From the human T2T-CHM13v2.0 reference genome, Homo sapiens, in the NCBI RefSeq assembly GCF_009914755.1, contig NC_060947.1: 64,000 nt of DNA; one strand, given 5' to 3'. The notes below the pieces were generated by a model, which ran no database searches, was not told the origin of the DNA, and saw only the letters and a list, made by a program, of their open reading frames with translations. This document shows positions 29,891 through 49,154 of the stretch, piece after piece; positions within the stretch are counted from its first letter, which is position 1, and each line of letters begins with the position of its first letter. A program made the position numbers and the translations under genes.

Positions 29891-31299
29891 GTATCTAAAT
29901 CTTAATTAATTACCACACAAAGGTCTGACCAGACCTAGGAGGAACTCCCTTCAGGACAGGACAATAGATGGTTCCTCCCAGGTGACTGAGTGAAAAAGAC
30001 ACAATAGGTATTCAGTAATTGACAGGGAAACTCTTGTAAAAGCAGAGTTAGGAAAATGGCCTAATAATTGGTCTAATCAAACATGGATGAGCTGTTTCCA
30101 CTCAGCTAAGCCTTAAAGTACTTACAGAATCAGGAAGGAACCATCTATATCAATTCTAAGTTAATTTGGACTAAACAAGGTCTTATTAACAGCAAAGGAT
30201 AATTGAAATCCCAAACTTACAAAGTTTTCAACAAAAGTAAAGTTTGCTAAAAGTTAACGTATTATCCTAACTTGTAACATGTATTATCCTAACTTCTAAT
30301 CTTATGGCCTTAGGCAGTCTAGTCCACAGATATGAAGGAAGTTCGCTTTGGAAAAGAATGGTTATCACCTTTAGGAAAAAAAAGGGGGGAGGAGAATTTA
30401 TGTAAAGAGAATGTTATATGGTAAATTCTTGTCCTGAAATAACTGGTTGCTTAAAGAAAGGGATGTTTGCAATAAGTCAGAAAGTTGAGGCATGTCGAAG
30501 AATTGTCTGTGAAAGCCGTGAAAGAAAAAAAAAGTGTCTTATAAAAAGGAATTTATGCAAGAAATGTTGTATAATTTAAAAGTAATTAGACCTCCTGAAT
30601 GTAAAACTATTGCAGAAACAGTTTATTTGCAAGGTGTATAAGCAAAGTAAAATATACTTTCAGTAAAAGGATTATAAGGAGGCATAAGAATGTGGATTTT
30701 TACCTACATTAAAAGGTTAAAAAAATTTGTTTTGAAGGTTTAAGCAAGTTTTAAAACATTAATTGTAAAGGAAACTGTATGCAAACATATTGGCTAAGGT
30801 TGAAAGGGTATCATCCAATTTTTCTGTGAACTGGACATTAAAATAAAAACACAAAGGGTTTTTCTTAAAGCACTAACCTGCTCTTTAACAAAAATTATAA
30901 AAGGTTAAAAAGAGTCTATAAAAATCTTACCTTATGGTCAGACATTAAAAATTGAATAAATTATGTCTATAAGTTTTATTAAAACTAAGTTTAAAATTAA
31001 TAACACACTAATATAAAGGTGAAATTTAGCTTATCTGGTATAAAAATAATACAGGAAGCATTGTCAAATATAAAATGGTGTTTGGCTTTCTTTGGTCTAA
31101 AAACTAATAAAAATAGGTGCTACAGGAAATTTCTCAGTAAGAAGGCACCAAGGACTATAAAGTCCACTGCTGATGTACCCACATTTAAAACAAAAGGTCA
31201 GTTTCTTAGAAATTATATACTTGGTTTATCTTCCACTTTCCTTTCCCTCAAAACTAAAAGTCTTTTAGCACATGTACCACACCTAGAATTTCCGGTAAA

Positions 31300-31522
31300 C
31301 CAGCGCCAGCCTGAAGATCACGTTCTCATCAAAGGGTGAAAAGAAGGAAAACTCGAGCCAGCCTGGGAAGGACCCTACCTTGTGCTGCTAACCACCGCTG
31401 TTCGTACAGCAAAAAAGGGATGGACTCATCATACCCGAGTCAAGAAAGCGCCACCCCCTCCAGAGTTGTGGGCCCTAGTCCCAGGAGAAAACCCTACCAA
31501 ACTAAAGCTAAGAAAAATTTAA
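31300..31522 (+). pseudogene. ERV integrase C-terminal remnant
   Basis: QPEDHVLIK...LEPAWEGPYLVLLTT...GWTHHTRVKKAP (GPY/F module), frameshifted. Confidence 0.8.
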
Positions 31523-33210
31523 CTCTTTCATCTATCTATTACTCTTTCTTCTTTCCTCGCTCTATTCCTGACCATTTAGTTATTAACATAACCAAGTCAA
31601 TTTTGCCTCAAACTATTGCATTTAATGCTTGCCTTGTTAAACCCTGTGGGGACTTGCCAAGTCAAAGACAGCTCTCTACTTCAGAAAAGTACCTCTGTCC
31701 CTCCTGACTCTCCTCAGACTGGACATTAGTAAATTGGGACCATTTAATCTGGGGAGATTTCGATAAAGACCCCAGTGTCAACCAGGAGGCTTGCCCCCCG
31801 ATGTAGACCTTTATATCGTAGTTGGTCCAGTGTTCTGTGGACCACTAAAGAGCAAGGGTGGACTGCCCCAGTTGGTTTTTGTAATTTCCTAAAACCATAT
31901 ATTCATTTTACGAGAGGATCATAGAAGTTAAAGACTTAAAACAAACTTTGGCAATTAAGACAGGATACCAAGATGCAAATGCCTGGTTGGAATGGATCAA
32001 AAATTCCGACCACACGTTTAACAAAGCAATTGTTATTCTTGTGCGCACGGCAGGCCAGAGGCCCAGATTGTCCCCTTTCCACTAGGGTGGTCCTCCAGTC
32101 GACCAGGCGTGGACTGCATGGTAGCTCTTTTCCAGGATTCTACAGCCTAGAGTAATAAGTCGTGCCAAGCTCTCTCTCTGCTATATCTTGAAGTTCGGCA
32201 CCCTGCGGGTCAGCCCCCAAGGGCCATCCAGCTTCCGTCTCCCAACACTAGGTTCACTTCATGTCTCCCTTGACAGGGAGGAAACTTATCACTCCTTGGA
32301 GACCTGAAGGGATGTAGTGAGCTTAAGAATTGTCAAAAGCTTACCAATCAGTCAGCCTTTATTCATCCCTGAGCAGATGTGTAGTGGTATTATGGTGGAC
32401 CTTTACTGGACACTCTGCCAAGTAACTGAAGTGGCACTTATGCTTTAGTCCAATTGGCTATCCCTTTCACCCTGGCATTTCATCAACCAGGAGGAGGAAA
32501 AATAAGACATCATAAAGCGAGAGAAGTACCTTATGGGTCTTTTGACTCTCACGTCTATTTAGATGCAATTGGAGTCCCACGGGGAATACCAGATCAATTT
32601 AAAGCCCGAAATCAAATAGCTGCAGGATTTGTCAATATTTTGGTGGGTGACAGTTAATAAAAATGTAGATTGGATAAACTACATCTATTACAACCAACAG
32701 TGATTTATTAACTACACTAGAGATGCTGTTAAAGGAATAGCTGAACAATTAGGGGCTACTAGCCAGATGGCTTGGGAAAATAGGACAGCCTTAGACATGA
32801 TATTAGCAGAAAGAGGAGGAGTTTGCATCATGATTAAAACTCAATGTTGCACTTCATCCCAAACACCACCACCCCTAATGGAAGTATAACAAAGGCATTG
32901 CAAGGTCTGACTGCTCTATCCAATGAGTCAGCCAGCAACTCAGGGGTAAATGACCTCTTTACAGGATGGCTAGAAAAGTAGTTCGGTAAACGGAAAGAAA
33001 TAATAGCCTCAATTCTTATTTCTCTCACAGCCATAATGAGTGTACTTAATCTTGTCGGGTGCTGTGTCATACCATGCACCCGTAAGTTGATGCAGAGGCT
33101 CATAAAAATAGCACTTACTAAAACCTCCCTTAACTATCCTCCACCTTATCCAGAGAAGCTTCTTCTTTTAGAAAATCAAGCAAAACAACTAAGCTAAGAC
33201 ATGTTAAAAG
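31520..33210 (+). pseudogene. ERV env pseudogene (HERV-I/IP type), multiple stops and frameshifts
   Basis: DAIGVPRGIPDQFKARNQIAAGF, NKNVDWINYIYYNQQ, immunosuppressive domain AWENRTALDMILAERGGVC followed by CX6CC (CIMIKTQCC, 32824-32850) and a hydrophobic TM segment. Confidence 0.9.
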
Positions 33211-33249
33211 TTTGAAAAGAAAGCTGTAAGGAAATACAAGGGGAGGGGC

Positions 33250-33707
33250 TGTTAGATATGAGTTCTAAATTTCTTTTCAAAGAATTAATATGTCAGTGTG
33301 TTCAATTCTTTTCCTTCTACTTTTAAACTTAACTTCCTCGTAAAGAATCTTTTTCGATTACCTGCTCCACCCTGACTCATTCCGATCACCTGCTCCACCC
33401 TAACTCATTCCGATCACCTGCTCCACTCTAACTCATTCCGATTACCTGCTACCTGCTCTGCCCTGATTCCCGCCAAAGCACTCATCCTGTCATTCTCTTT
33501 AAATTAGCCAATCGGAATTAGTTTAGCCTGTGCGGTCTTAACCCTACCCAATAGGGGAACAACGCAGCAGCAGGGGCCACGTGCGTCAGGGTAAGAACCC
33601 CTTCCCCTCCCTTGTCCAAGTGTACGCTCACCATTATTCCATCTGTAAGGGCGCACCCTTCTATATAGAAGTACCTTGCCTTGCTGAGAATTAAAAAGAA
33701 AATTTTT
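33250..33707 (+). promoter_or_regulatory. LTR10-type U3-R with 28-bp VNTR, one intact AP-1 site, CCAAT boxes, TATA-like box and poly(A) signal
   Basis: TGACTCA 33373-33379; CCAAT 33508 and 33548; CACGTG 33578; gggtaagaa 33589-33597; ATTAAA 33690-33695. Confidence 0.75.
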
Positions 33708-34494
33708 AAATTAAAAAAAAAAAAACTTTTGGAGCCATTAAGGTAGAATTAATATACTTCATATGTGAGAAGGACATGGGTTTCAGGGCCTCAGGAACAG
33801 AAAGTTATGGTTTGGATATCCCCTCCAAAACTCATGCTGAAATGTGATTGCCACTATGATGGTATTAAGAGGTGGGACCAGGATGGTAAGAGGTGATTAG
33901 GCCATAAGGGCTCTGCCCTCATGAATAGATTATTGTTAGAGTGGGTTGTTATAAAAATTAATTTGGCTCCCTCCTGCTCTTGCCCTCTTGCTCTCTCAAA
34001 CTTTCTTGCCCTTCCACCTTCTGCCATGGGGCAACTCAGCAAGAAGGACCTCGGCAGATGCAGGCCCTTCAACCTTGGGCTTCCCGGCCTTTGAGAACGG
34101 TAAGAAATCAATTTATTTTCATTATGAACTACCCAGTCTGTTAGAGCAACACAAATTAGACTAAGATAAACTCTCTTTAGCAAGACACTATTAGCCATAT
34201 TCTCCTTCTTGGAAGACAATTTTTTCCTTTCCTTCCCTAACACTACACCTGTCTCACCTCTATGGACATGACTTCTCAGTTTCCTTTGCCAGATATGCTT
34301 GTCCTGCTCCCATATTAAATGATGCTATTTCTCTAGATTTGGCTCTCAGCTCTCTGTCCTTCATCATTCTACATGTTCTCCCTGGGTTTCCTAATCCACA
34401 TGTGTGGCTTTAATTACCATCTTTATGTTGATCACACCAAAAAGGTGTATCTACAGCCCCAGACTTCTCTTCTGAACTATACATGCAATATAAG

Positions 34495-34700
34495 AATAAT
34501 AACAACCACTGACGTTTGAGGGTTTATGTTTCAAAAAACAATTCTAAGCTCTTTGCATGTATTTATTCATTTAGTCCTCACAACCAACCAACAAAAAAGA
34601 TATTATTATCCCCATTGTACAGATGAGGAAGCCAAGGCACAAAAAAATGAAAGCAACTTAATCCAAGGTTATTACACAGCCAGCTACTAAGTGATAGAGC
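34495..34700. mobile_element. MIR SINE
   Basis: tcatttagtcctcacaacc...attatccccattgtacagatgaggaagccaaggcaca. Confidence 0.75.
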
Positions 34701-35064
34701 TGATTCATAGTGATATGAGTACCCTTTTCATAAAACAGCTTTATTAATAAATCACATACTAAATGAAAATTCACTCATTTAATAATACCATGGTTTTTAA
34801 CATATTCACAGCATTGTGCAACCATCACCACAATCTAACTCTAAAACACTTTCATCACCCCCAAAAGAAACTCAACCGAGTATACATGAGGAAGCACTGG
34901 TATTAGTACTTTACTTTGATTTTAGAAACTGAAACTTTAAGATAATTACATTTTTTTTAAATTCAAACATATGTTAAGCTGATTAAGACAAACTTTTTTT
35001 TACAGTGTACATATATTGGTTTTACACTACAAAAATATTTTTATGTGTTTAAAAAGGGAGCTTT

Positions 35065-35410
35065 CTAAATAAGCTGATCTCATAGAAGTAGAGAGCAGAA
35101 TAGCGGCAACTACAGGCTGGGAAGGATAGGCAGGAGGGATGGCTCTTGGATTCAAAATTACTGCTAGACAGGAGGAATAAGTTACAGTGTTCTATAGCAC
35201 TGTAGGGTGACTACAATTAATAATTTATTCCATATTTTCAAATAGCCAAGAGAAAATGTTGAATATTCTCAACACAAAGAAATGATAAATGTTTAAGGTG
35301 ATGGATATGCTAATCACCCTGATTTGATCATTACACATTGTATACATGTATTGAAATATCACTCTATACCCCATAAATACATTATGTGTCAATTAAAAGT
35401 TGTTATAAAA
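35065..35410 (+). mobile_element. L1MA-type 3' end
   Basis: gatctcatagaagtagagag...ggtgatggatatgctaatcaccctgatttgatcattacacattgtatacatg. Confidence 0.8.
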
Positions 35411-35740
35411 AAATTAAATGGAACTTTCCATCAGGATTAGATTTACCCATGTGTTATGTCAAATTCAAACAAAAAAGAGCTAAGTATTCCTACAACTAGA
35501 CAAATATTGCAACCTTAATGTGTTACCAGAAGGCAGACATATTCAACCCTCACGTAAACAGTAAAAAAGAGAAAACCTTTATGAAACGGAATGAAGGATG
35601 ATCTCTCCTTACAAACACAATTTTGCATAATGCATTTGTGTCTAGTTACATGGAAAATGGAACCAATTGTTTAAAGCCAGAAGGGTATATAAATGCCAAT
35701 TTTCAACAATATATATGGCACAAATGAAAAGAAAGTGCTT

Positions 35741-36088
<348 letters not shown>

Positions 36089-36440
36089 TTAAAACAGAAT
36101 AGAGTTCATTAGACTTTTCATGACTATAATTAGAAAAGATATTTCTATGTTGCTATAGGTAGAGAGATGCAGCAAGAGTAAAACTGCACCATTTATGCCA
36201 ACTCTCCTTGCATAGTGACTGCAACTTACCAATGAATTATTTCCAATCTAATTTACCATTTGAGGACTTGAAATAGAAAATTTAAAAAAACAGATATACA
36301 GGTTTTAAGAGATAGGAGAAAAGAATACCCTTGAAGAAAAGCACGGATATCTAATTTTACAAAGCAGAATATTTTCAAATGCCTGTTTCTGGGTCTCATA
36401 TATCCTGTACCTCATTTGAGGTTCGAAATGTGTTACTTCA

Positions 36441-36824
<384 letters not shown>

Positions 36825-37684
36825 CTATTTCCATCTGAGATCAAAGCATGAGGAAGGTTAATTCATGCCCTGAATCACCCCTGTAGACTCTTTGCTCAAG
36901 TCAATAATCATTTATCAAGCATTTCTACGCCCCAATGCCCCAGACTCTACATTGTGTGTTGGGGACCAGAGAGGAAGAAGTAGGAGAGGAGAAATACATC
37001 TAATGAGACACAGAATATGGGACTGTGATAAGTAGTACGGCAGCCTTAACAAGACTAATCTGTTTTTAGACCAAGTATCCCAAATTTTTGTTCTAGAAAA
37101 CATAGACAGTCCAGCTTCAAATATGATATGAGTCACGTGAGAAAGATTAGTTTCAAAGGAAATGGAAAGAAGAAAAAGAGTAGATCTGAGAAGCATGAAG
37201 GTATTCCCTCACTATTTTATTCATTTCATAAACATTTTAAATTAAGTACAAATATGTCAGGTTCAGGAGATACAAATACTGATTTTGGCCAAGTTCTCAA
37301 GGAAGTCTCAGTTTAGTGAACATAGTGAATGAATGTTGACATAGCATGCTGACAAGTGGAGATAACAATATTAAAGAAATTAATAATATTTAACATTTAA
37401 TGAAGACTTACCAGGTGGAGTTCAAAGCATTTCATATGTATTGACTCATTTAAGCCTTGTAACAACTCTGTGATGTAGGTAGTTATTAATTTCCCCATTT
37501 TACAGATGAGGACACTGAAGCACAAAGAGGTTATGTGGGTGATCCTAGTTCAGGTGACTAAAAAGGAGCGAAGCCAAAATTTGTATCTCAATGGACTGAC
37601 TCTCAAGCCTGCATACCTAACACAGTATTACACTGTCTTAAGCAAATGCACAAATCAAATTCGTGTAGTCCTAGATAATAATCC

Positions 37685-37687
37685 TGT

Positions 37688-37725
<38 letters not shown>

Positions 37726-38540
37726 CTTCATCCACAGTTTCTAGCTCATAACTTCCATAACCCTTGTCATAATCTGTTGTTATAATGTTGGGGCACTTTA
37801 GGCCTCAGGAAACAGATCTCTCTGACCCTCTCCTGTCTTCCTTTCACCTGCCCAAGGGAAGACTCTTATCAACAGACACTCATTCCAAAGAGGACCCTGT
37901 CCCATACCCTAAGGGAAGGAATGCTACACAGAGTAGCCAAGAAAAGTCTGAACAGACAAGCCTTGCTGGGTTTAGATCATGAGCTTTTTGTCCAATCACA
38001 TTTCTACATGGTTGTATTTAGATAAAATACATTAAAAACTCAAACAGAAAGGGTTCAGAGGGCTTCTGGATAGCTGAACACATGTAGGTTCCTAGAGGGT
38101 GGTACACCCAGGGAGGTCATGGAGACTCCACTCTCCTTCCCCCATACCTCGCCCTACACATTTTTTCATCAGTATCCTTTGTAATAAACCAGTAAATGTG
38201 TTTCCCTGAGTTCTGTGAGCTTCTCCGGCAAAGTAATCAAACCCAAGGAGAGGTTCATGGGAACCTCAACTTGAAGCTCCTCGGTCAGAAGTTGCAGAGG
38301 CCCAGACTTGGAACTGGTGCCTGGGAGAGGGGGCAATTTTGGGGACTGCGCCCTCTACCTGTGGGATCTGATGCTATCTCCAGAAAGATGGTGTCAAAAT
38401 TGAATTAGAGGACACAGCTGGTGTTCACTGCTTAGTGTATTGGAAAAAATCCCCACATTTTGTCACGGAAGTCTTCTGTGTTGATTGTTGTTGTGTTGTT
38501 GGTGTGAGAGCAGAGCTGATTTGAGAGTTTTTCCGAAACA
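37685..38540 (+). mobile_element. MER21-type solo LTR inserted into a MIR; (CA)n at 37691-37721
   Basis: TG...CA termini, perfect 5-bp TSD aatcc, MER21 motifs (gaacacatgtaggttcctagagggtgg, aataaaccagtaaatgtgtttccctgagttctgtgagc). Confidence 0.8.
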
Positions 38541-39152
38541 AATCCTCACAGCAAAGTTATAAAGTAGGTTTCATCATCCCCACTTTGAAGAGGAGAAAAT
38601 AGAGGCAGAGAGCATAACTAAATCACTCAAAGTCTTCCACCTAAGCAGGAAGCAGAGCCAGAGTACAAATCCAAATTGGCCTTAAATTTCTTTATATCTT
38701 AGAAATGTCAGTTCTAACCACACTGGAAAAGTGAACCACTATGTATACAGTTCTTCCAGAGTAGCAGTATCACACTGAAAACATACTAGTGCTTTAAAAA
38801 TGCCTTAGGCACATGGTGCCTTGGGGAATAACTGCTCTAGCATCTGTTTCTGCATTAAACAGTTACAACAAAAACTAATAATTCTTGAAGACCAGCAACA
38901 CACACTGTACTTTGATTTGTTCTAGTAAGAACAGAAACCCCCGAGAAGAAAAGACAAACAGGACATAGGACTCGCTTTACAGTTTTGTTGGTAATAAAGT
39001 TGGGTCTGCCAAAATTATACCATGTGCTACATAATGACTTGTTCAGGGAAAAGAATTCTATGTTACCTGAGGACTTTAATTTCAAAGTGATTTTATCTAT
39101 TAATTCTACCACTTAGAAAAACACATTTGTTTTTAATCATTCCTGAGAACTA

Positions 39153-40010
<858 letters not shown>

Positions 40011-41015
40011 ACGAAAAGAGTATTAGCAAAAAAAGTATTTTAGGATAACTGAAACATATGTGACCATATTAAGGATCCTTCACACCTCTAATTTTTAGTT
40101 TATATATTACATAAATCAGTATGTATAATATAAATGTACAGTTTTACAGCTATTAATGCTTAATTTGCTCATTTAGTATACTTTACAGTGTATTTTTAGG
40201 ATTTAACTTCTTACAAATGGAACCACAAACCTCTCAACTTCAAGAAATGCAAGGTTCTTTTACCTTTGTGCCAATTTTTGAAAGTAGCAAAAACCTGACA
40301 ATAAGACAAATTATCAACATTCAAGATGAATGACAACTGTACATTTTCTTGTTCAAGTGTGTGGCAGATGTGGAAAGTGACAGTAAAAAAGATTTTAGAT
40401 CAAAACACTGGCTCTGCTACTTACTAGCAAGATATGTCATCTTTGCCAAGTTACTTAGCCATTCTGTGCCTCAGTGTCCTTATATGTAAATTGGGACATA
40501 CAATATTCCTATAAGGTTTAAACAAAATAACATACATATAGTGTCTGGCCCATAGTTGGCACTCCGTAAATGTTAATTTCCATCACCATCACCCACGCTC
40601 CCATTTTCTGAAAAGATGCTAAGGAAAAAGTATTAAATACTACTTTTGACAGATGGAGCTTAGTACACATACAGTTTCACTTTCCAAGAAACCAAGATGA
40701 GTAGTTTTCTGCCTTTTTTGCAACATATTACTGAAAACTGAAGACTTGTCTATCTTAACTAGATGTGAGTCTTTACAGGCCTAGACTAATTTCTTTCTTG
40801 GCTACAAAGACATAGGGCTCTAAAGCTGGTAAAAATGAAGCAAGGAGTTAAAAAGTGGAACAGATCCACTAGCTTAAGCACAGCCTGGAATTCTACAACA
40901 GTATCCACATTCCACAGAAAATTAAAGGAGCTTCTAGCCTTAGAACATGAGTGCGCTTACTGTGTCTAATCAAAGTCAAAGCTCAAAAGTTCCCATTTTT
41001 GTCTAAAATGTTTAA

Positions 41016-43027
<2,012 letters not shown>

Positions 43028-43057
43028 TTTACTATCAGAGGCAGCTGAATTTGTTGA

Positions 43058-43350
43058 ATCGTTCAACAAATATTCACTAAGTGCCTACTACATACCTGGT
43101 ATGATTTAGGCAGTGAGAACACAACAGTTTAAAAAAAGACAAAAATCCCTTCCCTCATAGCGCTTACATTCTAGTGGGAGGAGACAGACAATAAACAAGA
43201 TAAGTAAAATCTATAGTATGGTAGACAGCAATAAGTGCCAAGGAGAACAATAAATCAAGGAAGGGGGATAGGAAGTGTTGGGGGAGGTTGCAATTTTAGA
43301 TAGGGTTACAAAGGAAGGCCTCCCTGAGAAGGACACATTATGACTAAAGG
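43058..43350. mobile_element. L2 3'-end fragment
   Basis: ttcaacaaatattcactaagtgcctacta...ccctcatagcgcttacattctagtggg. Confidence 0.7.
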
Positions 43351-44004
43351 AGAGACCCCACTCCCATTCACACACAGAAAAATGCAATAGATTTCCCCAT
43401 GGCTGCAGTCTCCAAGAATTCACAATCCAGAAGAGAAGACAGGCACCCAAATAGATCATTATAACCCAGTGTGGTGAATATAACATCAGAGGAGCTACAG
43501 GCAAGTGTGAGGAAAAAGAGTGCCTAAGCCCAAACTCAGGGGTCAGCAGAGACTTCCTAGATGTGATGCCTGAAGCAAGCCTTTCAAAGATGAGTAGGGG
43601 TTAAACAGGCTAAGAAGTAAGAGGGAGGATCTGGCAGAGCAGCTAGCATGCGCAAAGGCCCAAGGGCAGGAGATGGAATGGGGTGACTGAGTGACCCACA
43701 AGGAGTTCACCTATTGCTGAAGAAAAACATATGAGGAAAAAGATAGCAAGAGGCAAGGCTGGACAAGCTACACTGGGGCACATATGACTGTATTTACCTA
43801 GGTGATAACTGTTGAGGGCCTGGACCAAAGCTGCAGCCATGAGAATGGAAGAGGAGAAGGAGTTAAGAGAGATTAAAAAAAGAACTGAAAAGACTTAGAG
43901 GTGTATTGCTTAAATGACAGAGTAAATGGGGACATTATCACCTAGAAAGGGAATACAGAAAAACCAGATTTATGAGTGGAGATGATAATGAGCTGTTTTG
44001 GACA

Positions 44005-46150
<2,146 letters not shown>

Positions 46151-46697
46151 TTAAAAATTTTTTAAAAGAGTACCTACCCCATAGTGTTGTGAGAAGTAAA
46201 TACAGTACATTGGTGATCATTAAATGATAGCTGTAATTATTCAAAATATTTACACGTATGTTTAGTTATCTATGTTCAAGTATATGATACTGGTTTTCAT
46301 TTTTATTGTTCCAAATGTTATTTTTACACTGGCTTTTTTAAAATTAGGAACTATCAAACAGCAAAATGTATAAACTTTCAATATCATTACTCCAATTTTT
46401 CTTTAAAAAAGTTTTTATGTGATTCCTCAAACATGAGTAAACAAAAATGTAGAAGGATGTCTGTTGACAGCACTGTTTATAATAGTAAAACAAACAAATT
46501 AAATAATCCAAATGTCCCTCAGGAGAAGACTGTTTAAATGAGCTACGGAATATCTAAACATTGGAATACTGTGGGACATCTATTTATGAGTAGCTACGTA
46601 AATACCCATATGAAATAATTTGTAATATATAGTAAGTTAAAAACTAAATTGAATATTAAGAATTGTATGATTCTTCTGTGTATAAAAAGATACACGC

Positions 46698-47006
<309 letters not shown>

Positions 47007-47134
47007 GATACACGCACTGTGTATATGTGTGTGTGTGTACTTAGACTGACATAAAAACCATATGAAAGTCTAGATAAGAAACTGAACAGGGCTTTGAATG
47101 AAGTGTGGATATAAACTTTTTTACACTTTCTGTA

Positions 47135-47750
<616 letters not shown>

Positions 47751-48289
47751 CTGTTTAAAAATTTTTAACCACATATAATACTTTTTAATTTTAAAACAAA
47801 TCCTCATGACTAATTGTCAAATTTTTAAAATCATATATATCCTGATTACATACAATGTAAATGAAAGAGAATCAAAGAGACAGATGACCCTGAATGAAAA
47901 AATACACTCCTACTGATTTTATCATTAGGTAAAAAAGGATCTAAGTTTTAAGTTATTATAAAGCACCCTTCAGTCCCTATTTGGCTGACACAATTCAGGT
48001 ATTTTAAGATAGCCTAAAAAATTAAAACATAATAATGCTTTGTGTAAACAGCTAAAAATTGATAACAACCATAGTACATTTCAGAATAATAACAGCATCT
48101 GAAATTGTCTACATCAAGCTTACAAATTAATGATCTGACACAGAACAAAGTTTATAAAAGAAGCTTCTAGGTTCAGGATTTTCCCAGAAAGATAAAATAA
48201 AAATGTGGGGGGGGGGAGGGGTGGAACTGTATCTTCAAAAGCTTGAAATAAAACTATTATACCTGTGTAACCACACAAATCAGCTTTCT

Positions 48290-48587
48290 TTTTATTATTA
48301 TACTTTAAGTTCTAGGGTACATGTGCACAACGTGCAGGTTTGTTACATATGTATATATGTGCCATGTTGGTGTGCTGCACCCCTTAACTCGTCATTTACA
48401 TTAGGTATATCTCCCTAATGCTATCCCTCCCCCCTCCCTCCACCCCACGACAGGCCCCGGTGTGTGATGTTCCCCACCCTGTGTCCAAGTGTTCTCATTG
48501 TTCAATTCCCACCTATGAGTGAGAACATGTGGTGTTTGGTTTTCTGTCCTTGCGATAGTTTGCTCAGAATGATGGTTTCCAGCTTCG
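48290..48587 (-). mobile_element. 5'-truncated L1PA (PA4/PA5-like) 3' end
   Basis: ttattatactttaagttctagggtacatgtgcacaacgtgcagg...; perfect 14-bp TSD caaatcagctttct (48276-48289, 48588-48601). Confidence 0.92.
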
Positions 48588-49154
48588 CAAATCAGCTTTC
48601 TAAATATTAGTAACCTGTAGGCAATTCAACTTAAAAAAAATTGACAGGAGGAAAAGTGGGGCTTCAGCTTTCAAAATCAGCCCTTTTAATATGTATTGCT
48701 TTGCTCTGTCCAAAGCATCCCAAAATGTACAATCTCATTAAAGTTACTGAGCATAATGGATTTTTAGCCTGATGCAGCAATTTGCATTAATTCATGTGAT
48801 CACAAATGTATTTATTTTCCAAAGAAACTGCTTTCTCAAGCATAAAGGAACCACCCAGCAATAGGGCTTGTTTTTCCTTTCAGTGCAGCTTTCTTATGTG
48901 TAAGTTATCAAATATTAATCTAGTTGTATTACATAGTGGAGCAGACTTCAAGTCCTTTAAAAGATACAATTACACATTTTTAAAGACATGCTAAATTCTA
49001 TTTAAAATGTCTATGGCTTCTTGTTTCAATACTGAGTATATGTTTATAAATCCTGGTTTGACTTGTAAATTTTTTTATCTAAAAAATTCAATAGAAAGCT
49101 ACTGGCTGTAGAGATTAATGGTATACACTTAACACAAAAATTGATTGGCTTTGT

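Larger units (their letters stand above)
28106..33725 (+). mobile_element. HERV-IP10(FH)-like endogenous retrovirus, LTR10(F)-type, with R-U5 / U3-R-poly(A) structure
   Basis: R-U5 28106-28238 ending in CA; tRNA-Pro PBS; pol and env remnants; polypurine tract before TGTTAGA at 33250; U3-R to ~33707; A-tail; flanking aacttttgg repeat. Confidence 0.88.
25631..34168 (+). mobile_element. MST (ERVL-MaLR) provirus: 5' LTR 25631-26027, internal 26028-27959 plus ~33724-33802, 3' LTR 33803-34168
   Basis: Two homologous LTRs (tgctatggtttgaatgtcccctccaaaactcatg...aagaca), MaLR internal motifs (aaaatgtggaactgggtaatgg, ggaatgagttaagactt), 5-bp TSD acctc/aactc. Confidence 0.88.

Noticed and set aside
31520-33210. 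Possible domesticated (syncytin-like) env gene
   Set aside because: Several in-frame stops and frameshifts; no continuous ORF.
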